From Ruditapes philippinarum (lineage: Eukaryota), in contig NW_026861885.1 in assembly GCF_026571515.1 (NCBI RefSeq), positions 1 to 64,000 on the forward strand: a DNA stretch of 64,000 nucleotides. Reading direction: 5' to 3'. The translations under genes and the position numbers were made by a program. Positions 37,109 through 51,300 of the stretch are shown here, one piece after another; positions within the stretch are counted from its first letter, which is position 1; each line of letters opens with the position of its first letter. The notes beneath the pieces are model-generated. The model saw only the letters and a list, made by a program, of their open reading frames with translations. It ran no database searches and was not told the origin of the DNA.

Positions 37109-40100
37109 ATGACGACTGGTAGTTCAGACATTGATCTAGTTACAGAATACTTGATTAGTGTTAATAGGGAAAACAAGGGTGACTTAAAGTTAAAAAATGC
37201 TATTGAAGCACACAATGAATTTAAGGATAAGTTTACAAAGTATAAAAAGTTTTATGATGATCACCAGCGACATGAAGGTCTACAGGCTACACCAACTTCA
37301 CAGGTGAGTTTTTAAACCGTTTTTTTACTTATGAAATTACTAAATTGACTGTGTTTCTCAGGTTGAGCATTTATTTATTTTGGCACTTCTAGTTTTGCTA
37401 ATAAAAATAACGTACATTGGTACTGTATAAATCTATGTTGTACTTTCCAATAGGATTTTAAAAGAGATATTGATATTCATAAGAGAAGCATTACGAATGA
37501 TTTAAATTGAATGATTTAACTGTTTTTTGTAAGTACAAAAGAAAAAAGCAAAGTATGGAAGACTTTCATTACGTTACGATATTGTTATGTTGATAAGCGT
37601 ATAATAAAAATGTGTTAATTTGATGTTAAACATTTTTTCACTATGAGAACCTATAATTATTTTAGGAAAACAAGGTAATTTTAATTACAATGCTTATACC
37701 ATTCGTCAAATCTTACTGCAGCGGTAATCAGGTAAAAAAAATAGTACCTTGATTTTTTTAAGCTGACTTATCACTTATCACAGACATTTACAATATGAAA
37801 ATATTTTCATTCTTAAACTTCATATCTGCTATTTGTAAAGTTTATAATTCTCTGAAAAATTCTTGATTTTTGTTTTGTTTATTTTTTATTCACTATATTA
37901 TGCTTTCATCAATAGGATGCTCCCAAATCACACGAAAAACTACGGACTGAAATTGAGAAACTGAACTTCGAAAAAGAAAATATGCGAAAACAAATTGAAG
38001 AACTACGGACAAGGTATGTTGAAAGATTTTGTTATAAGATATTAATCATCTTACAAAAAAAAAATAAAAAAAAAAAAAAAACAAAAACACTAAACATTAA
38101 ATAAATATAAATGTATAAATGAAGAAGCAATATTTTAGCTATTTCTAATATAATCTTTATTAAACAAAAAGGCATTATTTATGGCTCCATATGTTAAAAA
38201 TAGCCAAATTATTCCGATGTCTTTGTAAACTTGGCGGTGAACTTAAACACGATAACATGAAACTGAACTAAAAAAAAACTTTAACATAAAATGTAATCAC
38301 AAAAATGCTTGCCATCCCAAAAGCAGGAATATTCACAAGTGCGTGGTAAATTTGATACATTTATAGTTTTCAAACATAACATTTTCTTTTATCTTTTCAC
38401 AAAAACAAAAAGTTTTTAATTTCAGGCTAAGTACTTTGGCAGGCCATAAAATGATGGACGGAAATCCTGATATTGCAGATTTAAGCGATCCGTTTAGACC
38501 GACAAAGCTCGCCGAAGAATTTCGAGAAATTTACGACGATGACTGGACGCATGCTTTTGAAGAACTGGACACAAATTCTAAACCTGAAAGTGACAATATA
38601 GACACTCTTACTTACCTCATAAAGGTGAGGGTGATGAATTTGACCATTTGCCCGTTTCAAGACTAAAGTAAAATATTAAGTTGTTAAATTTTGAAAAGAA
38701 CCCTTGAAATATTTAAGATAGTATAAAATATGGAATGATTAACTCGGTGATATGGGCATGGCGGATAAATTGCTTTAACCAAAATACTCAAATAAACCGA
38801 TCCTACAACATTTTCCATTTTTTTTATTAGCCGAATTATCTTTTAGTTGTCAACCTTAAGCAAAAAAGAAATGACAATCTAAGAACACAGAAAAAATAAT
38901 ATAGTGAAATGTGGATACTTAATCATCTTCTCTGCTCGCCACAAAGCTGATTTTTAACGGTATAAGTCTGTTTCTTCTAATATCAACGACTGTATAATGT
39001 ATCATTATTATATTTGATTTTAGGAAATTCAAACATTTTGCACATACTCCAGTTCACAACAAATTATTGCAATGGAAAAAGTATGTAAAGACGAGTTGGT
39101 AAATCCAAAGGTTCATATCCTAAAACACAGCGAAAAAATGGTAATTTCTAACTTGATTATGCTATTTGTAAACAAGAAAAGGTTTTAGGTATTAAATGTC
39201 TTTCTATCCGATAAATGATGTTGATACCTTTTTATAGTTCTCAATGTTGATTCCAATTTCATTTAATAGTAATTATGGTTACAATTTAAGCTTATTTCAT
39301 TTTATAGTAATTATGATTATAATTTAAGCTTGAAGATTACAACTTTAAAAGGCAAATTCTCAGAAATATAATTGGGATATGACAATATGAAATCTTATTC
39401 CATCAATATTGGCGGATATCGTGAAGCTGACAAAAGGCAAAACACTAAAAAAAATTTATATTGTTTAAAAGTGTTGAACATCGTATTTTAAAATACTCTT
39501 AACTTTTAGAATGTATGATTCAGTATAATTATAGTAATCCTGATGTTTCTTTTAAACATGAAGTGCGGAAAGACACCATCAGAGATGAATAATACACAGT
39601 TAGAAATCACACACAGAATGATATGTGACCTGAGGAAGTCTATGGGAACTTTGTCTGTTAGACCATTGGTCCAGGTAATCTAATCAAATAATTTTTTCTC
39701 CCTTTTACAACAACTGACAAGTTTATAAAAAAACTTAATAAACAGGCTCAATAACTCCTTGCCTGTGGCATTTTGAATTTTGTGTTGGAGGTTTTTGAGA
39801 AATTATTTATTTTATTATTATTATTATGTTTAACACTTCTATTGTCAGTTTTGACTTTGTTGTTTTCCCACCTTATTCAGTATGTGAATAAATGATTCGG
39901 TATGATATAGAACCGACTTAAAAACACACTTCAAAAACCATTTATTTATAAATTTTCAGATATTTCATGAAAAATGGGTGATAAGAATGAAACAGGAAGA
40001 GAAGTTACCATCCACTTCCAAACATATTGAAAATTTTGTAGCAAAGGCATTTGAAGTTATATGGCTGATGACGATTCAGAACCCGCCAATGGTATTAAAG

Positions 40101-40247
40101 TGGCAGAAGTGTGGTGAACCGGTTGACAAAGAAAGATTCACTTTCTATACAAAAAGAGGGAATACAATTAAACAAACAGTATGGCCTGCAGTGTTACTTC
40201 ATGAATCCGGACCTCTGATGTCGAAAGGTGTCGTTCAAGCACAATAA
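37109..40247 (+). CDS. Gene D: Mieap C-terminal-domain-like protein, about 335 aa, 6 coding exons
   Basis: Exons 37109-37303, 37916-38013, 38426-38624, 39024-39140, 39564-39674, 39960-40247 (1008 nt). RLSTLAGHKMMDGNPDIADLSDPFRPTKLAEEF..YDDDW; DLRKS; [42 protein letters not shown]. Confidence 0.9.
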
Positions 40248-41602
40248 AAGGACATTAAATATCCGAGCAGACGACAGAAAAAAAGGATGTTGTATATATT
40301 TGATACTGTATAACTATAATGTATTATTTTTTTAGATTATATTTGAAAATAATGTGATATTTTTAAAAGAAATTTGATGTGCATGCTTGATATAATACTG
40401 TATTCCGTTGAGTTTTGTTTGTTATAATGAAGTCGAACGGATCTGAATGTAGACTTTCCGGCTCTTCCTCCTTGTGCATTATTTCAGAATTATTCATTAG
40501 TCCAAAAAACGGCAAGGGACTTTAGCTAGAAGTCCAAAGTCGACGATCATAACCTCTTTCTAACGCAGGGTCCTACGTGCTGACCTCTTAAACATATATT
40601 AAACAATGTTATAAAATATTATGGTTGTATGTGGTCAATAAGACTAAAATCAGTTTCTAAATATTGTTATGTAAGATCCTAACTTGTTTGAATGTGTATG
40701 CAGTTTTGTTTTTGATTTCTTAATACGGTTATTTTTGAATCAGTAAATAATTTGTTCCCAGATGAAATGTGACAATTATATTGTTCCTATATATAAGATA
40801 CACTTACCTTTGTAAATTGATACAAATGACTAAACAAAATTGATGTCTGCAAAACTAAACTAAGCTTCTGACGGAGCACAAATTAAATGGCTAAGATATG
40901 GCCGAGGGAAGAGTTATCCATTCATATGGTTAGATATAATGGAGACATTATTAATTTATTTTCCCTTTAATCAGTTAATTTATCGTCTTTCGGAAACACT
41001 TTAATGTTCTTCGGTAAGTTGAAATTTAACAATTTGAGAGACCTTGTTCCGAATCCGATCCAGAGGATTTAACATTGAATTCGGCTATGATAATACTAAA
41101 GGGTGCGAAATGTTAATCCTTTACCTGCTGGGGAATATCACTGACTGCAAATATAGAGACAGGCCTATTGACCAGCTCAATTTTGAAAACATTTGAACAT
41201 TATTTAACTTCCGAAATTCAAAGAACGGCAATTCTATTATGAAAATAACAAATAATTAAATAACCCAAACGTGGCAGGTATGTTAATATGTCTTGTATGA
41301 TTACATTGATGCATTTCCAAAACTACGAACACTGTGTCAAGACAAAATAAGGTTTCGTTGTTTAATGTTGATATTTTTTAATCCTAATGTTATGGATATT
41401 AGCTGCTTTGATTCCGAACTTTCCTTTTAAAGTTCTGGGGATTTGAAATACAATAGTTAAGCTACCAACAGCTTTTAGGCTAATTAAAAATATTCTAACT
41501 TAATCATACAATTCTTATGTTCAAATGATTGCATACACGAGTGACTGTTTTGTTTTATAAAGTAGTGAACAGCTCAAAGCTCAGTTCATGTGATATATCG
41601 AC

Positions 41603-41727
41603 AATATTGTTAATGTTATTGAAACGGAATAAAAGTAAACAAATAATGTCCTTTACATCGGTATTAATATTGTTAATATTATTGAAACGGAATAAAAGTA
41701 AACAAATAATGTCCTTTACATCGGTAT
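41603..41727. repeat. 63-bp tandem duplication upstream of gene E
   Basis: AATATTGTTAAT.TTATTGAAACGGAATAAAAGTAAACAAATAATGTCCTTTACATCGGTAT twice. Confidence 0.9.
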
Positions 41728-41901
41728 AGCAGTTTCTATACTTCATGTAAAACCGTTGAACCTATTTTCAAACATATTAACTGATAACATTATGTGAAGT
41801 GTTTAAAATCGATATGATCAAAACTGAACGTGATTTAAGAACTAGCCTAGTAGTATTGATCTGTTAATCAATCAAGCGTTTATATATTGATTGATCTATG
41901 T

Positions 41902-41919
41902 AAAACCGAAAACGGAAGT
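41902..41919 (+). promoter_or_regulatory. IRF-ETS composite-like motif AAAACCGAAAACGGAAGT upstream of gene E
   Basis: About 150 nt before the ATG; matches the gene D motif. Confidence 0.45.
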
Positions 41920-42069
41920 TAATTAAATTTTTTCAATAAATAACACATTCAAACGTTTTTTAAAATTTAATACGTTAACTTGACTGCAAAATTAAAGTTA
42001 CATTTTGCTTTATTTCAAAATTAACTTTGTCGATTTCGGTATTTAAAATTAGATATTTGCCACATAATT

Positions 42070-45000
42070 ATGTCATCAAAACCTATAGAAAATGTGGATA
42101 CAGACAAAGTCGGGGATTATTTATTATATTTGAAAACAAACAATGCCAGGACAGACAAGGCACTTGACGAGGCTATAAATGAACAAAAAGAGTTCATGGA
42201 ATCATTTAGGAGGTATAAAAAATTCTACGTAGACCACCAGAGCTCATATTATAAAATCAAGCAGGAAAAAGAGGAAAAACAGTTATCAAAGGTTAGTTAT
42301 ATTAAAATTGATTTTTACAAATAACTTGTTGTCACGGCTATCAACGAAGCTACACTTCTCAGTAACTATTACCATTTGTATAGATTGTAGTGCTTGACAA
42401 AAGAAAACTTTTTAAATAGGTAGGTAAGTAGGCGGGTGGGTAGGTAGGTAGGTAGGTGGGGTAGGTGGGTGGGTAGGTGGGNNNNNNNNNNNNNNNNNNN
42501 NNNNNNNNNNNNNNNNNNNNNNNNNNNNNNNNNNNNNNNNNNNNNNNNNNNNNNNNNNNNNNNNNNNNNNNNNNNNNNNNNNNNNNNNNNNNNNNNNNNN
42601 NNNNNNNNNNNNNNNNNNNNNNNNNNNNNNNNNNNNNNNNNNNNNNNNNNNNNNNNNNNNNNNNNNNNNNNNNNNNNNNNNNNNNNNNNNNNNNNNNNNN
42701 NNNNNNNNNNNNNNNNNNNNNNNNNNNNNNNNNNNNNNNNNNNNNNNNNNACAAAACAAACAAAAATAGTGTAATATTTTGTTAAGGAAAGTCTTTTAGC
42801 TTTTTTTTTCTAGGAATTCTTATACAATCTCCAGATAAGAATATAAGGTGTACAGTTGTTATATTTGTGTAGCAAATTTTGCTTTACGATCTTAAATTAT
42901 CGATAAAGAATAGAGAATGGGAATAAACTTATTATATTGTGGTTTAAATATTAACATTTTTCTACGCACAGGATTCTCCAAATCTTGTTGGCAGGTTACG
43001 GAAAGAAAAAGAAGATCTTGCATTTAAAAATGAATCATTGCTGAAGCAGAATGAAGAACTTAAAACGAGGTACGAACTAAACACATATAATGGATGAAAT
43101 ATTCGTGTTTACAAATCACTCATAACAAACTCGGATATAATGAAGACTCTTACTAGATCCCTTCTTTGTTTTTTATCTTAAAATCTTTGTTAAGCATACT
43201 CGCTTATAGCGTCAACTCGGGTACAAGAAGCCCCATCAAAAGGACCGAAACTACCAATTACGACTGCAATTATATAGGATGTCTTTAGCCAGTTGCGATA
43301 GTTATATCGTTTAGAATGATTATAGTATATTATGTATAATTATGAAAGACATGTGCTAATTTACAAAAAGGATAAACATTGATAAATCTTTATAATTTCA
43401 TTATGAACGATAATCATTTAAGAAACAGCTTCAAATAATATGAAATATACTAAATACTGATAAATAATCATATGATTCTAACAAGGAAACGAACTTATGA
43501 TAAAATAGATGTATATGTTAAATTTGATACATTTTCAGATTAAGTACATTGGCTGGACATAAAATGCAAGATGGTAACCCAAATATTACTGATTTAAGCG
43601 ATCCATTTCGACCAACAAAATTGGCGGAAAAGTTTAGAGAAGTATATGATGAAGAATGGACTCGCTCGTTTGAAGAGTTGGACGTGTTTTTAAAGGATGA
43701 GATGAAAGTTATTGCTACTTTAAGATACCTCATGTCGGTAATGACAACCAGTGGGTTTTGAAGCATTAAAACCAGCCCTCACTGTACTCTTTTACAATTT
43801 TAAAAATTGTATAATAATAAGATAGAAATTTAAGAAAGAAATAGTTATATCATGCACTAAAACTCAGTCAATAAGGATGTTCAGTTTGAATAATAAAGTT
43901 ACAATCTTTCGGTTTTCTTTAAACATTTATTGTCAAAGAGTGTATTTTAGAAATATCCTCAGTCTGATAAATTTAAAGATATAGATACAATATAAAGGAT
44001 GTTTATTTTGTTGTTTTTTAAACTGTGATTATTATTATTATAGTTCTTGTATTACAGCAAGTTGAGATATTTTGCACTAGATTCAGCGAAAAACAGATCA
44101 AGGACATAGCACGTACTTGTACAGATGAAATAGTGAATCCAAAAGTTGTGACTGATGAAAATCAAACGCTTGTATGTCAACGTCATCAATTAGTTTAAGA
44201 TAGCAAAGCATTGAATTCCATATTCGGATTCCTAGCGATCTAGATAATATAAGTTTTGAAAATCTAATACTATTTTATGATTACAAAAAATGAACCAAGA
44301 TACCTCTCGGGTCATGAGCATATTTCAAAATATGAAATCAGTACTGCTTAATTAAAGATAGTGGATTGGAGAGTAAACATTATTTCAATCTTTAACAATC
44401 TTTAATCAAAATTTAGGTTTATTAAACATGTTTAACTAACAACATACATGTTCTCTATTTTACTTTTATACAGCGATGCAAAACCCCTTCAGAAATGTCT
44501 AATGGACAGAAGGAAACAGCCAAGAAAATAATTCATGACCTAAGAAAGTCAGTGGGAGTACTTTCGGTCAGGCCATTGGTTCAGGTGATCAATTAAAAGT
44601 TTTTGTATTTTACCATGGAAGTGTGTTTTGTGAGCACGCGTGTGCATAATACTAACCTTGTGTGTGCGTCTGTTTGTGATCATACATCAACCATTCCTTA
44701 TCTCGAAATTTTGATAAATTAATACATTTTTTTTATATAAGAAAGAAACATTATGGAAATATGAAATATTGTTGTTAGAAAAGGCTTTTTACACTTTAAT
44801 TGTAGTGATTAATCATTACCCAGTAGATATAATACACCAACTCAGTTTCCATAACATAATATGTAATAAAATGCAGATATTTTTTCCTATTTCTCAAGAC
44901 TCCAAATTATTATGTACATAAAAGTATAAACGCTTCCTTTTCAGATATTTGATGGCTGGTTTATGTGTAATCTTAGAAAGATAAATAAACTACCACCATC

Positions 45001-45232
45001 TTCAAGGGAAACTGACGCTTTTGTAGCTAAAACATTTGAAATAGTATGGCTGATGAAAATTCAAAATCCGCAAATGGAAACACAATGGCAGTCACAAGAT
45101 GAAAAGTGCGACAAAGATAAATTTACTTTCTACACAAAAAGGGGAGATATTGTCAGCCAAACAGTATGGCCGGCTGTGTTACTGCACAAGAATGGCCCTT
45201 TGATGTCAAAAGGGATATTACAAGCAAAATAA
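42070..45232 (+). CDS. Gene E: Mieap C-terminal-domain-like protein, about 343 aa, 6 coding exons (closest to D)
   Basis: Exons 42070-42291, 42972-43069, 43539-43737, 44058-44171, 44474-44584, 44945-45232 (1032 nt). Exon sizes 98/199/111/288 are identical to gene D. An assembly gap lies in intron 1. Confidence 0.88.
42417..42750. other. (GGTA/GGTG)n microsatellite running into an assembly gap (N at 42482-42750)
   Basis: Read directly from the sequence. Confidence 0.95.
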
Positions 45233-48200
45233 TAGCCGTTGATAACAAAAGAAATCTTGCCAGTTAAATGATGAACATCGATGTCAATAACAAACCCAAA
45301 AACAAAACAAACAAACAAAAAATCGCATCTTTTTAGGAGAAAATTTTACTGTATCTTTTGACAGTATCTCTTTATCAATCTTTTCTCGATAAGTAGTGTT
45401 TGGTGTTTTATTATTGGTATTATGCATGTGCGTATATCATCAATAAAAATATAGAATAGAAAAGGGCAATGGAGTGAAGAGTAAATGCAACAATTATGCG
45501 AGCAATTGTACTTCCACATTACACTAAAATTAATCCATAAAGAAGTGAAATGAAACATATCGTTCTTGCGGTACATGAGACATTGTGAATGTTATATAAG
45601 ATTGACCTTTTTGGTCAATATGCATGCGCATGCCTTTAATTTAAAGATATCAAACACCATCATATAGTATTTTTATCAGCTTTCTTACATAATATTTTTA
45701 TCAGCTTTATAAACAAAAATAGTTGCAAATCTTGAATACGGTAATGCACTTGTTTTTGTGATATTTTTAAAACAATAGGAACCAAAATATGATGAAGATT
45801 AATACTGTCATACATCCAGTAATAGGAGAGTAATAAAAAAAATGATAGTCGCAGAATCGGGCTGATTGTTTTAATAAGCAATAATGCAAAGTGCTGCTTT
45901 TCTCATGACTCTTATACCGGTCTCAGTAAAGTGTTAACTTTGTCCAGATTTTTTAAAATCTTAAACAAGTATTAAACTCAATAATTTAATTAAAAGGTCA
46001 ATCGTTTTGACAGACATCGTTCATACATCCTGTTTCATCAATATCATTTTAATGGATGCAGGTTTTTAACCGAAATCCGAAACAAGCCGTAACGATCAAT
46101 GCACAATTATCCAGGTTTCTCGCCTAACAACTGATACAGTCAAAAACTTAAACATAAACCTTTAATCACAAACGTGAAATAAATGTATGTCATAATCACC
46201 ATAAACAAACTCGTAAGTAATTATCTCCCACCAAACAATCAATAATGCATGTCCAACTTTTCGTTTTCTAATAAATATCACTTTGTTTTTGCTTTAGTCA
46301 CTAAAAAAAAGTGAATTTTAACTATTTGCAAACTCAAATTTTTTTATCAATGTCAGTAGCTAGAATCACGTGCTGCAGTGATTCTTCCGTGTTTTTTATT
46401 TACGTACAATTTATTCATAGTAATCATAGTAAAAATGGCGTCTTTTATTTCAGATAAATGCTATATTTTCTTGAAGTGACCACAGACTGATAGAAAATGA
46501 TTATTTTGCATTTTTCTGTCTAGATGAAAAAGTCGAGATATTATGATCGTCTTTGTCGTCGTGCAAACCCTTTAAGGTAGCCCATTATTCAAACATTTTA
46601 AAAGTTATTAAGGTATGAGCCCCCTAATGGGCACTATAAGGAACTATAAAATTGACAACATAGGTCAATTATATACCTTAAAAGACATAAGAAAGCAAAA
46701 TTTAAACAAAGTTTACCGTATGGTTTACGAGTTATGGAGATTTTTCTTAAGTAAAACTGGGCTATTAGAAGGGCTCTTTTTCAGAAATGAGAAACTCTAA
46801 ATGTTCTATTTTATAATAATTATGAAAAAATGTTTTCCTATAGAACATTTTTGAGAAACAAATAATAGCATTCAGCTAACAAATGACCCAGCAAAATAAT
46901 TGTTTTTACTCAAAATGTTTGAAATATGTCTATAAATGTTACCCTACCCACCCATTTTAAGTACTTGTTTGATCATTTTTCTACTTGGTGCGCCTTATTC
47001 AAAATATCCCTAAAATTTACTCAAATAAGGGACTGTTTTCAAAGTTTGCATAAATTTTTTAATAAGTATATTGGTTGCGCTTGTCAAATATAAAATACTT
47101 TTACCGTCTAGTTTTTATTTTATTAGACTTTGAAAATAACAGGTACCATATTTGATAAAAAATTTGACACAAGTTAGCCAATAAATACCAATAGTAATTT
47201 CATAATTAAAATGAAAAGCTTTTTTCTTCTCAAGAGTGATATGAGAGACACAAATAATGCTCAAAGAAAAAAGAAAAAGAAAAAAAAGTTGCCGCTTGAA
47301 CCCACGCCCCTCAGTTATAATGCAGTTGACAGTAGTTCTAGCCTATTTGAATACTCTTCAAAGTGGAGGTCATGCATTAGGTGGATCATACCTTTACATG
47401 AACCTTGGTATCGTTTACTTTCTCATTATGAAAAATTGCAGTTGTCAGACAAGGTGCAAATTCTGGAAGCAATATTTTTGGAGTTATGCCCCTTTAAAAG
47501 CGTGCGGTGTTATTAATAGTATTTTAGCATGTTTTTTTACATAGGCGTTATGTCACAACTCAAAGCAGGAAGTAAATAAAGATGTTTACATGAAAGATTT
47601 TTCCATTTATTAGTGTAGTTCATATGGTACGCTCGATTGACATTGAAACAGGTGAAACGTTATTTAAATTTAGTTTATTATAAATTATTTACGTTAAAAT
47701 GTTTATCTAAACTTTAGTTTAAATGATGAAAATTTTCTGTTTCATATTCTTAAACAACCAGTGACAAGGATAAGCTATTTTCAAATTTACCATTTCTCTT
47801 CATAAGTAAACTACATAAAGGACTTCTTAATTGTCTTTCGATGGAGTAATTGTTCCAAAACTGGGTTTGTATTATTGATATGGAAATTGATTAATATGTG
47901 TAAGATGATAACAATATAAAATGTGCCATATGGAGTGCTTTCAACTACACTCAAAATGTAAAGCAAATACGTACCATGAAGTAAAAGGCACTATTGTGAT
48001 AATAAGTCTTAAGTATTTCTGGATATACTCGTATTTTTCATTTTTCAAAATGTAATTCTAACATTCTAACACCTAGGCTGCTCATTCGTGTATTAATTCC
48101 GGCATGAGCTATCACTTGAGCTGGACCTACCGTAATTAAAATTCATTAATTCTGTAGAATGAGCACACGTCCCATCTACAGCGATAAGAGGCTAACGACT

Positions 48201-48373
48201 CGAAATCAGCGGCGATAGATCCTTGACCACCCAAACGATAAATTGTTATTCCATATGCATATACTTGCTTTGATATTTCAACAATGATAAACGTACTTTT
48301 ATTGTTACTTGTAATCTTTATTTTGTCTTTTATTGCAAAAATAATGATATGATTTTGTTTCATTGAAGATAAA

Positions 48374-51300
48374 ATGGACGATAAAGTCGCTCGTCTTCTT
48401 TGTCAACTTAAAGAGGGTAAAGAATTTACGAAGGGTCAAGTACAGGAAGCATTGCAATTTTATCAGTCAATCATCGATGAAAAAAAAGCGTTACATGATT
48501 TTTGTGAACTTGATGGAAAAAATATTGTAAGTACAAGAATACTAGGGGTGTTTCAGAATTTATTAATTTTTTGAAAATAACAAAAGTTGAACACATGTTT
48601 TCATATTAGAAGTTTGAAAAAGTATGACGGACATGTTCTTGTGCAATGGCCATGCTTTGTCGCACAGGACAACTTGTGCAATGACCATGCTTTGTCGCAC
48701 AGGACAATACTTATTTGGTTAGTGGACAAAGAAATATAAGAATAAGATAAACATGTTCTTCTCAAATATTGGCTCCGTGTGACTTATTCTTTTCTTTATA
48801 AAGAAATTCTTGAATTTTTTGTGTATAATTTTTTTTTCATAAAACAGTCGGCTTGGAAATTTTCCGACGTCTTAAGAATAAACCATTTAAAGATCATCAA
48901 AAATATTTTTTACAATCATAGATTTTAAAATTTTCAATCTTTCTGTACAGGCAAAGCGAGAATACATTGTTTTGAATAAAGTAAATGTTTTATTGCAAAT
49001 TGTCAAGATTAGTATGAAATGTCGAATTGCATTAATTGTGAAACACCATTTTGTATTATAATGTTGAAATATAAAAGGACATGGAAAACGTGGACATCAA
49101 AATAGTTCTTTGAGACGCATACATGACAGCACCAAATTAGTCATTGATCTAGCGTACCGAATGAAAAACAAAATTGCAATAAAATTGTCCTTTCATACAA
49201 CGTTGTATTAAGTAATGTTAACAACTATATTATGAGTCATGTCAGATCGTGTGCGATCGTAAGGTAACATTCTCAAATACTGATGATAAAAGCACTGTAA
49301 TAGTCATTCTGAAAAATTTTTTATTTAATTTCGCCCTTGAAATTGGTGCTATATAAGTAAAATACACTTCATATTTGTTAAAGATAAATATGAATAATAA
49401 ATATGAAAGTCGGCTGACTCAAAATTCATATTTTTTTAGGGAATACGAGTACTTCCACATTTTTTTTATCTTAGACAGTCAATAGTTTCAGTTATTTATT
49501 TCATCTACACAAATAATAATACTGTTGATTTTCAACACGGCATTAAATTGTGAACTGTTCACTCGCTGACGTATAATCAATTGTTGTTTTTCTTCATGGT
49601 ATAATTAACTTAAAGTATTTTTTCGTCTTCGTGTCTTCTATGATATATTTTAAGTCAACATGATAAAAGTCCGCCGTTCTGGCTCATGAAAATGTATGGA
49701 GTTGTGTCATATTCCTAGAAAATGTATTCCATATTTCACTCAAACGAAAAAAAAATCCTCTTAATATCTAAAAATGCCATTTATTTTACTGTTCACCATT
49801 CAAGCATGTTTATTCAATTTTTATCTATTTTTTTTTTTTGGAAAGAACAAGGACAATGCCACTGGTCATCTTAATAAGGAATTACAACAAGTCCAGGTGG
49901 ATAATCGTGTTTTAAGTAAAGAGGTAGATTACTACGTGCGCAAAGCTTCTGAATCCGCGACCATAGGGAATACAAGACAGTTTGAGAAAGAGGTATATAA
50001 GCCTATCTTTATATGTTGTTTATTCCCCCACCAAAGTCAAAGGGGATAATAAGAATGCTCTCCGTCGGTCCATTTTTGTCTGGATTAAATATAAAAAACT
50101 GGAGCGATTTTCTTCAAATTTCATACACTGACAGAGGACTTTGGGAAAAGTGAATTCTTTTAGAATCATTTTCCTTTATCAGAATTACCTTAAACTTTTT
50201 GACCGAAGCGTTACTCCAAATGTACTTGAAGCGCTTCATTTTAATACACTGACGTAACACATTGTCTGAAAGGGATTAACCATGTATCACGTGTCAGTTG
50301 TTATACTAGAAATTCAATGTTATTGATCTGTTCTATCTATGATCTATGATTCATGTATTTACACTTTCAAAGCTCCAGAGTTTAAATAGAAAACAAATTG
50401 CTTCAAAAATGTCAATTTACATCATTTCATATTGATTAAAGCTGTAAACTTTATGATACTAGGCATAGCATATTTGCTTCAAAGTAAATAAAAATCTCAT
50501 AAGAACCAGTTTTCACACATTTACTGAATCAGAAGTTAAATCAAACTTAATACATAACAGGAACAACTAATAATATAATCTATTTTACAACTGCATAGTA
50601 TGAACACAGTGATGAAATCAAAACGCTAGCAGCCGAGCTGAAACAAGCGCATTTGGATCTCCAGTTTACTAAACAAAAGCTGAAAGAGTCAGAGGATATA
50701 ATAGAAAACTTCAAGATCCAGTATGAAAAGCAAAGAGATGAAAATACTCCGGTAAAAATGCAACTTGAACAATATAAGAGTGAAAAGGAAAGCATAAAGA
50801 GTCAGCTTGACAAGATAACGAAAGATTACGAGGCAGCAATAAGAAGTCTCAATCATTACAAAGCCAGTTCAGCAGATCTAGCACAACAACTTGAAAAGTT
50901 AAGGTTAGATTACAAAAATGAAATTGACCGCTACACAAATAAGGAGAAGCTTAGTAGGAAAATATATGAGGGAGCCGAACATAAAAACGAAGAGCACCAT
51001 CAGGTATTAAATATTATCATTTTATTTTCCTTAAATCTGTTACATTTAAAAATTATTAGACACTTATTTTCCCCCGAGACTTTTAACGTTTGCACGTCTT
51101 TATATTATGCTAGCACATGTGTGTGTTTTCTAGTTTTAACCTACTGATTACTGTTCTTCATTTGATTCTTTTTTTATTTGTTCTTAGTATATTTAATCTT
51201 CTTTTCAGCATAAAGAACAAACTCAACCAAAAGCCTTTGAAAAGCTACGACAGGAAAATACACAACTGAAAGAAGACAAGTTGAAGTTATCAGAGCAGAT

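Noticed and set aside
42359-42785. Long ORFs containing X and PTYP repeats
   Set aside because: Artefacts of the N gap and the adjacent (GGTA)n microsatellite.
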